DNA of 64,000 bases from Alphaproteobacteria bacterium (GTDB taxonomy: Bacteria > Pseudomonadota > Alphaproteobacteria > GCA-2731375). The stretch's first letter is position 1, and each line of letters begins with the position of its first letter. The notes under the pieces were generated by a model. That model was not told the DNA's origin, made no database searches, and was given only the letters and a program-made list of their open reading frames with translations. Shown one piece after another: positions 19,754-27,776 of the stretch. The DNA is taken from contig JASMDX010000056.1 of NCBI GenBank assembly GCA_030752605.1, positions 1,925-65,924 on the forward strand. Direction: 5' to 3'. The position numbers and the translations under genes were made by a program.

Positions 19754-20769
19754 CCAGCACAATGCACCATCCTGTTCTGATCACCGGCGGTGCCGGCTAT
19801 ATCGGCAGTCATGCCATGTTGGCATTGCTGGATACTGGCCGTGAGGCGGTAGTGGTAGATGATCTGTCCACTGGTCGGCGCGCGGCGGTGCCCACCGGAG
19901 TACCGTTCTATGAAGGCAAGATCGCGGACAACGCCCTGATCGGGCAGATCATCAAAGAAAATGGCTGCCGATCGGTGCTGCATTTCGCCGGATCCATTGT
20001 GGTGCCCGACTCGGTGGAGAAGCCACTGGATTATTATCAGAACAATGTCGCCGGCAGCGCTGCGCTGCTGCGGGCCTGTCTGGACAACGGTATTGAGCGC
20101 TTCGTCTTTTCCTCCACGGCGGCGGTCTATGATGGTGCTGGTGGCGAGCCCCTGTCCGAAGACGGCGTTCAAGCGCCCGCCAACCCCTATGGCCGCAGCA
20201 AGCTGATGACCGAGTGGATGTTGCGCGATATCGCCGCCGCCACGGACCTGCGGGTTGCCGTGCTGCGCTATTTCAATGTTGCCGGCGCTGATGGGGCCGG
20301 ACGTTCTGGACAATATGCTAAGGTTGCGACCCATCTGATCAAGCGGGCCTGTCAGACCGTGCTGGGCCAGCATTCACACATGGATGTTTTCGGTGATGAT
20401 TATCCTACGCCCGACGGCACCTGCGTACGCGACTATATCCATATTTCGGATCTGGCCCAGGCGCATCTTGCGGTGCTCGACCACATCGGCGAAAGTGCCG
20501 AATACGTCACCATGAATTGTGGTTATGGCCATGGTTTTTCCGTGACCCAGGTTCTTGACGTGGTGGACCGGGTGGCGGGTGAGATGCTGGGCGCCGGACC
20601 CATGCCGCGCTGCCATGGACCGCGACGGGCGGGTGATGCGGCTAGTTTGGTCGCCGATACTAGCTGTATTCGCCAAACCCTCGGCTGGCAACCGAAATAT
20701 GATGACTTGACGGTTATGGCGGCGACCGCCCTGGCCTGGGAGAAGCAATTGATGGATGGCTTGGATTGA
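19750..20769 (+). CDS. galE: UDP-glucose 4-epimerase
   Basis: VLITGGAGYIGSH, FSSTAAVYG, YGRSKLMTE, LRYFNVAGA. Confidence 0.9.
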   Translation: MTSTMHHPVLITGGAGYIGSHAMLALLDTGREAVVVDDLSTGRRAAVPTGVPFYEGKIADNALIGQIIKENGCRSVLHFAGSIVVPDSVEKPLDYYQNNVAGSAALLRACLDNGIERFVFSSTAAVYDGAGGEPLSEDGVQAPANPYGRSKLMTEWMLRDIAAATDLRVAVLRYFNVAGADGAGRSGQYAKVATHLIKRACQTVLGQHSHMDVFGDDYPTPDGTCVRDYIHISDLAQAHLAVLDHIGESAEYVTMNCGYGHGFSVTQVLDVVDRVAGEMLGAGPMPRCHGPRRAGDAASLVADTSCIRQTLGWQPKYDDLTVMAATALAWEKQLMDGLD

Positions 20770-21386
20770 TGAGCAAGGATGATTTGCCCGCGGTCGTCAT
20801 GGCGGCCATTGGCGAGTCCATCGCGGTCAAGGAACGCCTGTTGGTCGACGGTGTTGCCGCGCGCCTGTCAACCATGGCCGAGACCGCGGCGGCGGCCATC
20901 GCGGGCGGCGGCAAGATATTGTTGTGCGGCAACGGTGGCTCGGCGGCGGATGCCCAGCATCTGGCCGGCGAATTCCTGGTCCGCCTACGCCCTTCGTTGA
21001 ACCGGGAAGCCTTGCCGGCCCTGTCGCTGATCACCGATAGCTCCACCTTGACCGCCTGCGCCAACGATTACGGCTATGATCAAATTTTTGCTCGCCCGTT
21101 GCGGGCATTGGGCCGGCGTGGCGACGTCTTGCTGGCCATTACGACGTCGGGCAATTCCATCAATATCCTGGCAGCGCTGGATGTCGCCAAGAACCAGGGC
21201 CTGGCTTGTCTGGGCTTTCTGGGCGGCAGCGGCGGCAAGGCCCTGACGCTTTGTGATCAGGCGATCGCGGTGCCATCCGATGACATCAACCGGATCCAGG
21301 AAAGTCACATCATGCTCGGCCATGTTCTGGTCCAGGCAATCGAGGAACTGCTGCTGGCCCAGGGCCATATAAGCCTAGAATCATAA
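20766..21386 (+). CDS. gmhA: SIS-domain D-sedoheptulose-7-phosphate isomerase
   Basis: ILLCGNGGSAADAQHLAGEF, ITTSGNS, and IQESHIMLGHVL at the C-terminus. Confidence 0.85.
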   Translation: MMSKDDLPAVVMAAIGESIAVKERLLVDGVAARLSTMAETAAAAIAGGGKILLCGNGGSAADAQHLAGEFLVRLRPSLNREALPALSLITDSSTLTACANDYGYDQIFARPLRALGRRGDVLLAITTSGNSINILAALDVAKNQGLACLGFLGGSGGKALTLCDQAIAVPSDDINRIQESHIMLGHVLVQAIEELLLAQGHISLES

Positions 21387-21412
21387 TAAATTTTACCGCT
21401 GGAGAAAGCATC

Positions 21413-22207
21413 ATGAGCAATACCGTCCTTTATGAGACCGATGGCGCCATCGCCACCGTCACCCTGAACCGTCCCGGCCGCCTGAATGCCATGAACAAGG
21501 AACTGATCGTGGCGATGGTCGAAACCATGGAGCGCGCGTCCTCGGATCTGGCGATTCGCGTTCTGATCCTGACGGGTGCCGGCCGTGGCTTTTGCGCCGG
21601 TGGCGACTTGGCCGGCTTCGCAGATGGCGAATTCAAGGAGGAGCAGGCCATCGAAACCAAGATCGCCGATCTGCGCCAGTCTATGCGGACCTCGCAACGG
21701 CTGCGGGAAAGCTCGTTCGTCTCCATCGCCGCTATCAACGGCGCCTGTGCCGGGGCTGGCCTGTCCTGGGCCCTGGCCTGCGATCTGCGCTATGCGGCGC
21801 AATCGGCCAAATTCTCCACCGCGTTTCTGAATGCGGGCCTGTCGGGGGATTTTGGCGGTACCTTCAGTTTGACCCAGATTGTCGGTACCGCAAAGGCGCG
21901 GGAGTTGTATTTGCTTTCGGACCGCTTCAGCGCCGCCGATGCGGAACGCCTGGGCATCGTTTCGGAAGCCGTGCCGGACGAGGATTTGCTGGCTCATGTG
22001 CGTGGCAAGGCCCTACAGATGGCCGATGCCGCGCCCGTTGCCCTGCGCTGCATCAAACAGAATCTGAATGACGCCACCAAATTGAGCATGTCTGAGGCCA
22101 TGGATAATGAGGCCGACCGGCACAGCCGCTGCGGCACCACCGAGGATAACACTGAAGCTGCCAAGGCCTTTCTGGAGAAACGCAAACCGTCCTTCAAAGG
22201 CCGGTAG
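21413..22207 (+). CDS. enoyl-CoA hydratase/isomerase family protein
   Basis: ATVTLNRPGRLNAM, LTGAGRGFCAGGDL, AAINGACAGAGLSWALACDLR. Confidence 0.9.
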   Translation: MSNTVLYETDGAIATVTLNRPGRLNAMNKELIVAMVETMERASSDLAIRVLILTGAGRGFCAGGDLAGFADGEFKEEQAIETKIADLRQSMRTSQRLRESSFVSIAAINGACAGAGLSWALACDLRYAAQSAKFSTAFLNAGLSGDFGGTFSLTQIVGTAKARELYLLSDRFSAADAERLGIVSEAVPDEDLLAHVRGKALQMADAAPVALRCIKQNLNDATKLSMSEAMDNEADRHSRCGTTEDNTEAAKAFLEKRKPSFKGR

Positions 22208-22295
22208 ATTGGACTAGCCGGTTGCCATGGCGGCGGGTAACGCCTATTTAGGCGGCCCGAATATTGACCGGTAATACCGACTGGGACGAGTCGCC

Positions 22296-22796
22296 ATGAC
22301 AGAGACGAAATCAAACCCCGCGGCCATGCGGTTCGCGGCCCGGCGAAGCATTGAACAGGTCGAGGAAGGCTTCGACCTGGCGCCGAAATTCGATGCCGAC
22401 GGGCTTTTGCCCGTGGTCACCTCGGACGCGGCCAGCGGTGAGATGTTGATGCATGGCTATATGAATGGCGAGGCCCTGCGTCTGACCATCGAAACCGGAG
22501 AGGCGCATTACTACAGCCGCAGCCGACAGGTGATCTGGCACAAGGGCGCGACCTCGGGCCTGGTGCAAAAGGTCGTGGAAATGCGCATCGATGACGATCA
22601 GGATTCGGTCTGGCTTCGTGTTGACGTGGCTGGTGGCGCCTCATGCCACGTTGGTTACCGCTCCTGCTTTTACCGCTCGGTTCCCCTCGGCCCCTCGCAG
22701 AGCGGCGCCGTGCCGCGCCTACAGTTCGAGGAAACCGAGAAGGTTTTCGACCCCAAGGCGGTCTATGGCGACGCCCCCAACCCAACGAAGCTGTAA
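22296..22796 (+). CDS. hisI: phosphoribosyl-AMP cyclohydrolase
   Basis: [63 protein letters not shown]. Confidence 0.9.
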   Translation: MTETKSNPAAMRFAARRSIEQVEEGFDLAPKFDADGLLPVVTSDAASGEMLMHGYMNGEALRLTIETGEAHYYSRSRQVIWHKGATSGLVQKVVEMRIDDDQDSVWLRVDVAGGASCHVGYRSCFYRSVPLGPSQSGAVPRLQFEETEKVFDPKAVYGDAPNPTKL

Positions 22797-23071
22797 CCAC
22801 ACCGAAGCCCGCATTTGGGGTTGCCAAGCCTCCAGCGCGTCGCGTTTCATCTGCCGCCGTTCGGCCCTCGGTCTGCGCCAGTCATGACCAAAGGCAACGG
22901 ATTCCCGGCTGCCATAGGCGGGATTGGCCAGCATGAACCATTTTTAGCCCTACATATCGGTATGTTTTACGCACTGGGCCTGGCGCACCGCCATGTTGCC
23001 ATTCCCGGCGATCACCTTATGGTGTTGGCTCCCGCGCATCTCTAACCCAGGATACAAAAAGGAACGATCGT

Positions 23072-24298
23072 ATGAGTGAGGACGCCATGATCTTATCGGG
23101 CATCAAGGTGTTGGATGCCGCCAGCTTCATCGCCGGGCCAGTGGCGACCACGATCATGGCCGATTTTGGCGCCGACGTGATCAAGGTGGAGCCGCCCTTG
23201 GGCGATGGCTACCGGCCACTGCATACGGTGGCGGGCATGCCACAGGCGGAGGAACCCTATCACTGGCTGGTGGACAACCGCACCAAACGCGGCCTAGCGC
23301 TGGATCTGAGCGTGGATGCCGGGCGCGAGGTGATATATAGGCTGGTGGCGGAGGCGGATGTATTCGTGACCAATTTCATGCCCGGTGTGCGAGAAAAGCT
23401 CGGCTTGCTCTACGAGGATCTGGCGCCTCTGAACGAGCGTTTGATCTACGGCTCCATGTCCGCCTATGGCGAGACCGGGCCTGAAGCAGGCCAGACCGGC
23501 TTTGATACCACCGCTTATTGGGCCCGCAGCGGCCTGATGGACCTGGTGCGCCCGGATCCGGACGGTGATCCGGCCCGCTCCATGGCCGGCATGGGGGATC
23601 ATCCGACCGGCGTCGCCCTGTTTTCGGCTATCATGATGGCATTGTACCGGCGCGAGCGTACAGGCCGGGGTGGCCTGGCGCATACCTCGTTGTTGGCGAA
23701 CGGCTATTGGTCCAACGCCTTCATGGCCCAGGCTGCCCTGTGCGGTGCGGCGGTGCCCAACCGTCCCGTGCGCAAGGCTTCGGCGAATGCGCTTTCAAAC
23801 CATTACCGGACTAAGGACGGCCGCTGGTTCATTCTGACCGCTGCCAACGAAGTTAAGGAGTGGACCCGTTTCCCAACCGCCATCGGGCGACCGGAACTGG
23901 CCGAGGATCCGCGCTTTTTGACGCAAGCCGACCGACAGAAAAATGTCGGCGCCCTGATCGCCTTACTGGACGAAGTCTTTGCCCAACAGGACATGGATTA
24001 TTGGCACGAGACCTTCGCGGCCTGTCGGATCACAGTGGGCGTGGTCGCCAAGACGGAAGATATTCTGCACAGCGAACAGGCCCTTGCCGCCGGTATTACG
24101 GTACCGGGCAGCGGTGCTGGTTTTGGCGCCGAGCTGACCATCGATAGTCCCCTCTGGGTCGAGGGGGCTGCCAAGCGGGCCCCCCGCCCGGCCCCGGAAT
24201 TGGGACAGCATAATTTGGAAATTCTGGCCGAGGCCGGATATGACGAAGCCGGAATCGCCGAGTTGAAGGTTCGTGGTGCTTTCGGCGCTGAAAGCTAG
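23072..24298 (+). CDS. family III CoA-transferase (CaiB/BaiF type)
   Basis: LSGIKVLDAASFIAGPVATTIMADFGADVIKVEPP, ADVFVTNFMPG, plus a conserved GMGDH region. Confidence 0.9.
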   Translation: MSEDAMILSGIKVLDAASFIAGPVATTIMADFGADVIKVEPPLGDGYRPLHTVAGMPQAEEPYHWLVDNRTKRGLALDLSVDAGREVIYRLVAEADVFVTNFMPGVREKLGLLYEDLAPLNERLIYGSMSAYGETGPEAGQTGFDTTAYWARSGLMDLVRPDPDGDPARSMAGMGDHPTGVALFSAIMMALYRRERTGRGGLAHTSLLANGYWSNAFMAQAALCGAAVPNRPVRKASANALSNHYRTKDGRWFILTAANEVKEWTRFPTAIGRPELAEDPRFLTQADRQKNVGALIALLDEVFAQQDMDYWHETFAACRITVGVVAKTEDILHSEQALAAGITVPGSGAGFGAELTIDSPLWVEGAAKRAPRPAPELGQHNLEILAEAGYDEAGIAELKVRGAFGAES

Positions 24299-24312
24299 AC
24301 GAGGAGAATAAA

Positions 24313-25581
24313 GTGGTACGATTAGCAGATCTGGACGAGCCGGAACGCTCGCACTTGGCCAATATACCTTGCGCCAGTTTCGATGCCGAGCCCTGGGTTA
24401 CGGGCCCGCCCCTGACGGAACGGCGGATCGCGATGATCTCCACCGCCGCGCTGCAGCATCGGGACGACACACCGTTCCTGATCGGTACCGGTGATTACCG
24501 CTACATTGCCGACGATACGCCAGCCAGTGACCTGGTCATGGCGCATATCTCGACCAATTTCGACCGCTCCGGCTTCGAGCAGGACCTGAACGTGGTGCTG
24601 CCCCTGGACCGCATGCATGAATTGGCCGAGGCTGGCGAAATCGGCTCCGTCGCGCGGTTCCATTACGCCTTCATGGGCTCCACCGACCCGGTGCAGATGG
24701 AAGCTGCAGCCCGCGCCATGGCTGGCCATCTTAAGGCGGATGGGGTCGATAGCTGTATCTTGCTGCCTGTTTGACCCTTGTGTACGCGCGCCGTGGGCGG
24801 GCTGGCACATTATCTGGAAGACGAAGGCCTGGCGACGACGCAGATCAGCCTGATCCGGCCGCAGACGGAGAACACGCGGCCGCCGCGCGCTCTGTGGGTG
24901 CCGTTTGAATTGGGCCGCCCATTAGGCGCGCCCAATGACGCGGCTTTTCAAGCCAAGGTGCTGCGGACCGCCTTGGCCCTGCTGGAACGGACGGACGGTC
25001 CGGTCATCCTGGACGACTTTCCCGAAGATGCGCCGGTTTCTGGGGCGGCGGAAAATGATGAGGGCTGGTTCTGTCCCATTAATCTGCCGCCACCGCCCGC
25101 TGATCTGGAAGCGGGTGGCGGTTACAAGGTGGCCATACAGGCGGAAATCGGCGGTCTGACCACGTGGTATGATATTGCCCTGCGCGAGCGTGGGCGGACG
25201 ACCATGGGTCTCAGCGGCATGAAGATCGACGAGATCACGGATTTTGTCTGCGCCTTTCTGGATAGCCAGATACCGGAAAACCCAAACGAAGGCCAAAGCC
25301 TGGGGCAAAGCCTGAAATTCGCCGTCGAGGATCTGAAGGCTTTTTACCGCGAGGCCGCTGGTGCGCAACCGGGGCAAAATACTGGCAAGGAAATGAATGA
25401 CTGGTTCTATGGCAGCACGGCGGCGGGTAAGGCGATGTATGCGCTGTGGCCCATCGCCGATAACCTGGCGAAACAGTCGGGCGATGAATTCATGAAAATA
25501 TTCGCCAATCTGCTGTTGATCCCCGCGTCGCAGAAATTCCGGGCAAAGGCGGCAAATACGAAGGGGGAGGCCGGAACATGA
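24313..25581 (+). CDS. GrdB/PrdB-family (glycine/sarcosine/betaine/D-proline reductase B-like) selenoprotein; TGA at 24772..24774 read as Sec
   Basis: ORFs 24313..24774 and 24778..25581 share one frame and are separated only by TGA-CCC. Joined, they read ...AGHLKADGVDSCILLPV-U-PLCTRAVGGLAHYLEDEGLATTQISL. This parallels the GrdB selenocysteine region (GVD..IL...U..CTR......E..GI). The N-terminal half has the GRDB-family pattern (RIAMISTAAL, DYRYI, H....FD, FPLDR-like LPLDRMHELAEAGEIGS). Total length is 421 codons, close to GrdB size. Confidence 0.8.
24781..24809 (+). promoter_or_regulatory. candidate SECIS-like hairpin downstream of the Sec UGA (hand-folded, imperfect)
   Basis: ugu/aca outer pairs flank a CGCGCC...GGCGGGC stem (24785..24804) with one G-G mismatch and one bulged U. 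The G/U-containing apical loop (cGUGg) lies about 18-22 nt after the UGA. Confidence 0.3.
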
Positions 25582-26528
25582 CGGCCAAGCTGGCAATCCT
25601 GGATGACTATCAGCGGGTAGCGCTGGAGCTGGCGGATTGGTCTGGCCTGCCAGGAGATGTGGAAATCACTGTTTTCGATGACAATCTGGCTGACCTGGGC
25701 GCAGTGGCCGAACGCTTGGCGCCATTTGAAATCCTGGCCGCCATGCGGGAGAGGACGCCCTTTCCCCGCGTCTTGTTCGAAAAACTGCCGAACCTGAAAC
25801 TGCTGGTCACCACGGGCATGCGCAACGGTGCCATCGATATGGCGGCGGCGGCGGAGCACGGCGTCATCGTCTGCGGTACCTTGGGCAGCACCGAATCCAC
25901 GGTGGAAATGATCTGGACCTTGATCCAGGCCGTGGTCCGCCGCCTGCCGCAAGAGGACAGGGCGACCCGCGAAGGTAAATGGCAGACCAGCGTGGGCTGG
26001 ACCTTGGCCGGGCGCACCCTGGGCCTGGTTGGTTTGGGCCGGCTTGGCGTGCGGACCGCCGCCATCGCGAACTTTTTCAATAAGCGGGTTATTGCCTGGA
26101 GCGAAAACCTGACGCTCGAGCGGGCCGCTGAATGTGGCGCCGAACTTGTTTCGAAGTCGGATTTGTTCAAGCAATCCGATATTGTCTCGATCCACCTAAT
26201 ACTGTCGAAACGCAGCCGCGGCCTGATCGGCGCCGATGACCTTGCCTCGATGAAATCGGAACCTTAACTGGTCAACACCGCGCGCGGCCCCATCGTTGAC
26301 GAGGCCGCGCTGCTGGAGGTCTTGCGTCAAGGCCGTATCGCCGGCGCGGCCCTGGATGTCTATGATCAGGAGCCTCTGCCCAAGGATCATCCGTTGCTGG
26401 TTTTGGATAACACCATTATCTCGCCGCATATGGCGTATGTAACCGAGGAAAACCTGACGCAATTTCATCGCGAAACCGTGGAAGATATCGTCGCCTGGCT
26501 AAGTGGCCAGCCGATCAGAGTGCTTTAA
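25578..26528 (+). pseudogene. D-isomer-specific 2-hydroxyacid dehydrogenase with an in-frame TAA
   Basis: ORFs 25578..26267 and 26322..26528 are in one frame: ...GLIGADDLASMKSEP[TAA 26265..26267]LVNTARGPIVDEAALLEVLRQGRIAGAALDVYDQEPLPKDHPLL...SPHMAYVT. The stop falls inside the conserved MK....LVNT.RG block. The Rossmann motif GLVGLGRLG is upstream. The ATG overlaps the selenoprotein stop (ATGA). Confidence 0.8.
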
Positions 26529-26550
26529 ACAACGGCACTACCGGTTGTTT
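26527..26550 (+). terminator. possible intrinsic terminator after the CoA-transferase/selenoprotein/dehydrogenase unit
   Basis: aaacaacgg-cacta-ccggttgttt forms a stem with one bulged G, followed by the T-rich ggcctaatatttttcttt. Confidence 0.4.
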
Positions 26551-26639
26551 GGCCTAATATTTTTCTTTGCTATTGTTAATCGATGGCACGCCAAGCGAGA
26601 TGAATCGTAGAAAATCACGATAAATACCAAATTATAAAT

Positions 26640-26770
26640 ATTTTATTAAATGCAGTTTTGTGCATTTTTAAATAATAATATCTACAATTTATCATTATAG
26701 ACCCAGTATTTACATAATAATGTAAAACTACATTAACACAAATAGGCAAAAATTCTGGATGTATTGCCTA
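26640..26770. promoter_or_regulatory. AT-rich intergenic island with three separate inverted repeats upstream of the hemerythrin gene
   Basis: AAATGCA-N6-TGCATTT (26648..26667), TTTACAT-N4-ATGTAAA (26709..26726) and TAGGCAA-N14-TTGCCTA (26743..26770). They sit in a visibly AT-rich stretch within otherwise GC-rich DNA. Confidence 0.4.
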
Positions 26771-26913
26771 CCTACTTAACCGTCTCTCCCAGGGCGCAGG
26801 TGTTTAGTTTATGAATGCGCCTAGTTTATCGGCCAAATTAGGTGACGGCAGTATTCCGGACGTACTTGATGACGGTCAATTAATTTACTGATCAGGAAGC
26901 TTAGCATTGCGCG

Positions 26914-27330
26914 ATGACCTTGGTTGCCTGGCAGGCAGAGTTCGAAACCGGTATTTCTTCGGTGGATTTTGAACATAAGGAGATGGTGGAGCTGTTCAAC
27001 CAGCTTTCCATCGAGCTTGACCACGATCCCAATGACGATGCGATCGGAGATTTTCTGGGCGAGGTTTTAGCCAATACCTCGGCCCATTTCGTACTCGAGA
27101 AAAAAATCATGCGCGATACCGGTTATGACGAATACAAGCTCTACAAAGCGTATCACGAACAGTTGCTGGATGCCATCCGGGACATCATGGATGATCACCA
27201 TATGGGTGAATTCGGCGACGTTCCCGACTTATTGGCCGGACGTCTGAAAAACTGGTTCTAGGAGCATTTCCACGCCTTTGACGCTCGCCTGGGCCATTTG
27301 ACGGAAGGCGCGGCAGTCGCGCATTCATAG
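26914..27330 (+). pseudogene. bacteriohemerythrin gene interrupted by an in-frame TAG
   Basis: MTLVAWQAEFETGISSVDFEHKEMVELFNQL...TSAHFVLEKKIM...YHEQLL...LKNWF[TAG 27259..27261]EHFHAFDARLGHL...*(27328..27330). The stop sits inside the terminal W-x-x-x-H-x-x-x-x-D iron-ligand motif of hemerythrins. Confidence 0.75.
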
Positions 27331-27395
27331 TCCATAAGGTATCTTCGCCTGATGTGCCACTGGGCAGGATCGCCTACGCCTGTTATGAAGCGGGC

Positions 27396-27755
27396 ATGAA
27401 CCCAGGCGAAAATGATCGTGATTTAGCCGAATTATCCAAAATGCTGCGGGCGCGGCAGGTGGAGCTGCGCGCCCTATCGGACGGTGCCCGGGATAACCGT
27501 AAGCCGGTGGAGCTGGATCAAAGCAAGGTAGGCCGGCTGTCGCGCATGGACGCCATGCAGGATCAGGCCATGGCCCAGGAGGCGGAGCGCCGCCGGGCCG
27601 GGGAGCTTCAGCGGATTGATGCCGCCCTGGCGCGGCTGAAAAGCGGCGACTATGGCTATTGTGTCAGTTGTGACGAGGATATCGCGCCGGCCCGTTTGAA
27701 ACTAGATCCGGCAGTGGCGACCTGTATCAACTGTGCCAGCCGCGGCCGGCAATAG
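27396..27755 (+). CDS. DksA/TraR-family C4-type zinc-finger protein
   Basis: LSRMDAMQDQAMAQE, and CVSCDEDIAPARLKLDPAVATCINC (CxxC-N17-CxxC). The ATG at 27396 is preferred over the GTG at 27354. Confidence 0.8.
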   Translation: MNPGENDRDLAELSKMLRARQVELRALSDGARDNRKPVELDQSKVGRLSRMDAMQDQAMAQEAERRRAGELQRIDAALARLKSGDYGYCVSCDEDIAPARLKLDPAVATCINCASRGRQ

Positions 27756-27776
27756 TTCGGGTTGCGGCGGCATTCC

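Noticed and set aside
16334-21386. tRNA-Gln followed by a sugar-nucleotide / glycosyltransferase cluster as an integrated genomic island.
   Set aside because: There is no integrase, no direct repeat of the tRNA 3' end, and no visible compositional break. It looks like a native cell-envelope polysaccharide locus.
22719-23045. ORFs of 71 and 76 aa in the hisI / CoA-transferase spacer.
   Set aside because: They have no motif support. One overlaps the hisI 3' end, and their composition is typical of GC-rich non-coding frames. The spacer is more plausibly the promoter region of the CoA-transferase unit.
24772-24774. The TGA in the GrdB-like gene as just another nonsense mutation, in keeping with the other pseudogenes.
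   Set aside because: It falls precisely at the family's Sec/Cys position within a U-x-x-C motif. It is the only disruptive TGA in an otherwise well-conserved gene, whereas the other lesions in such genes are TAA or TAG. Both flanks look fully conserved. I keep it as a caveat rather than the favoured reading.
26560-26800. The AT-rich islands (also 45490..45560 and 46575..46665) as a replication origin.
   Set aside because: I found no TTATCCACA-type DnaA boxes in or near them. The flanking genes are not the usual alphaproteobacterial origin neighbours (hemE, parAB, dnaA).
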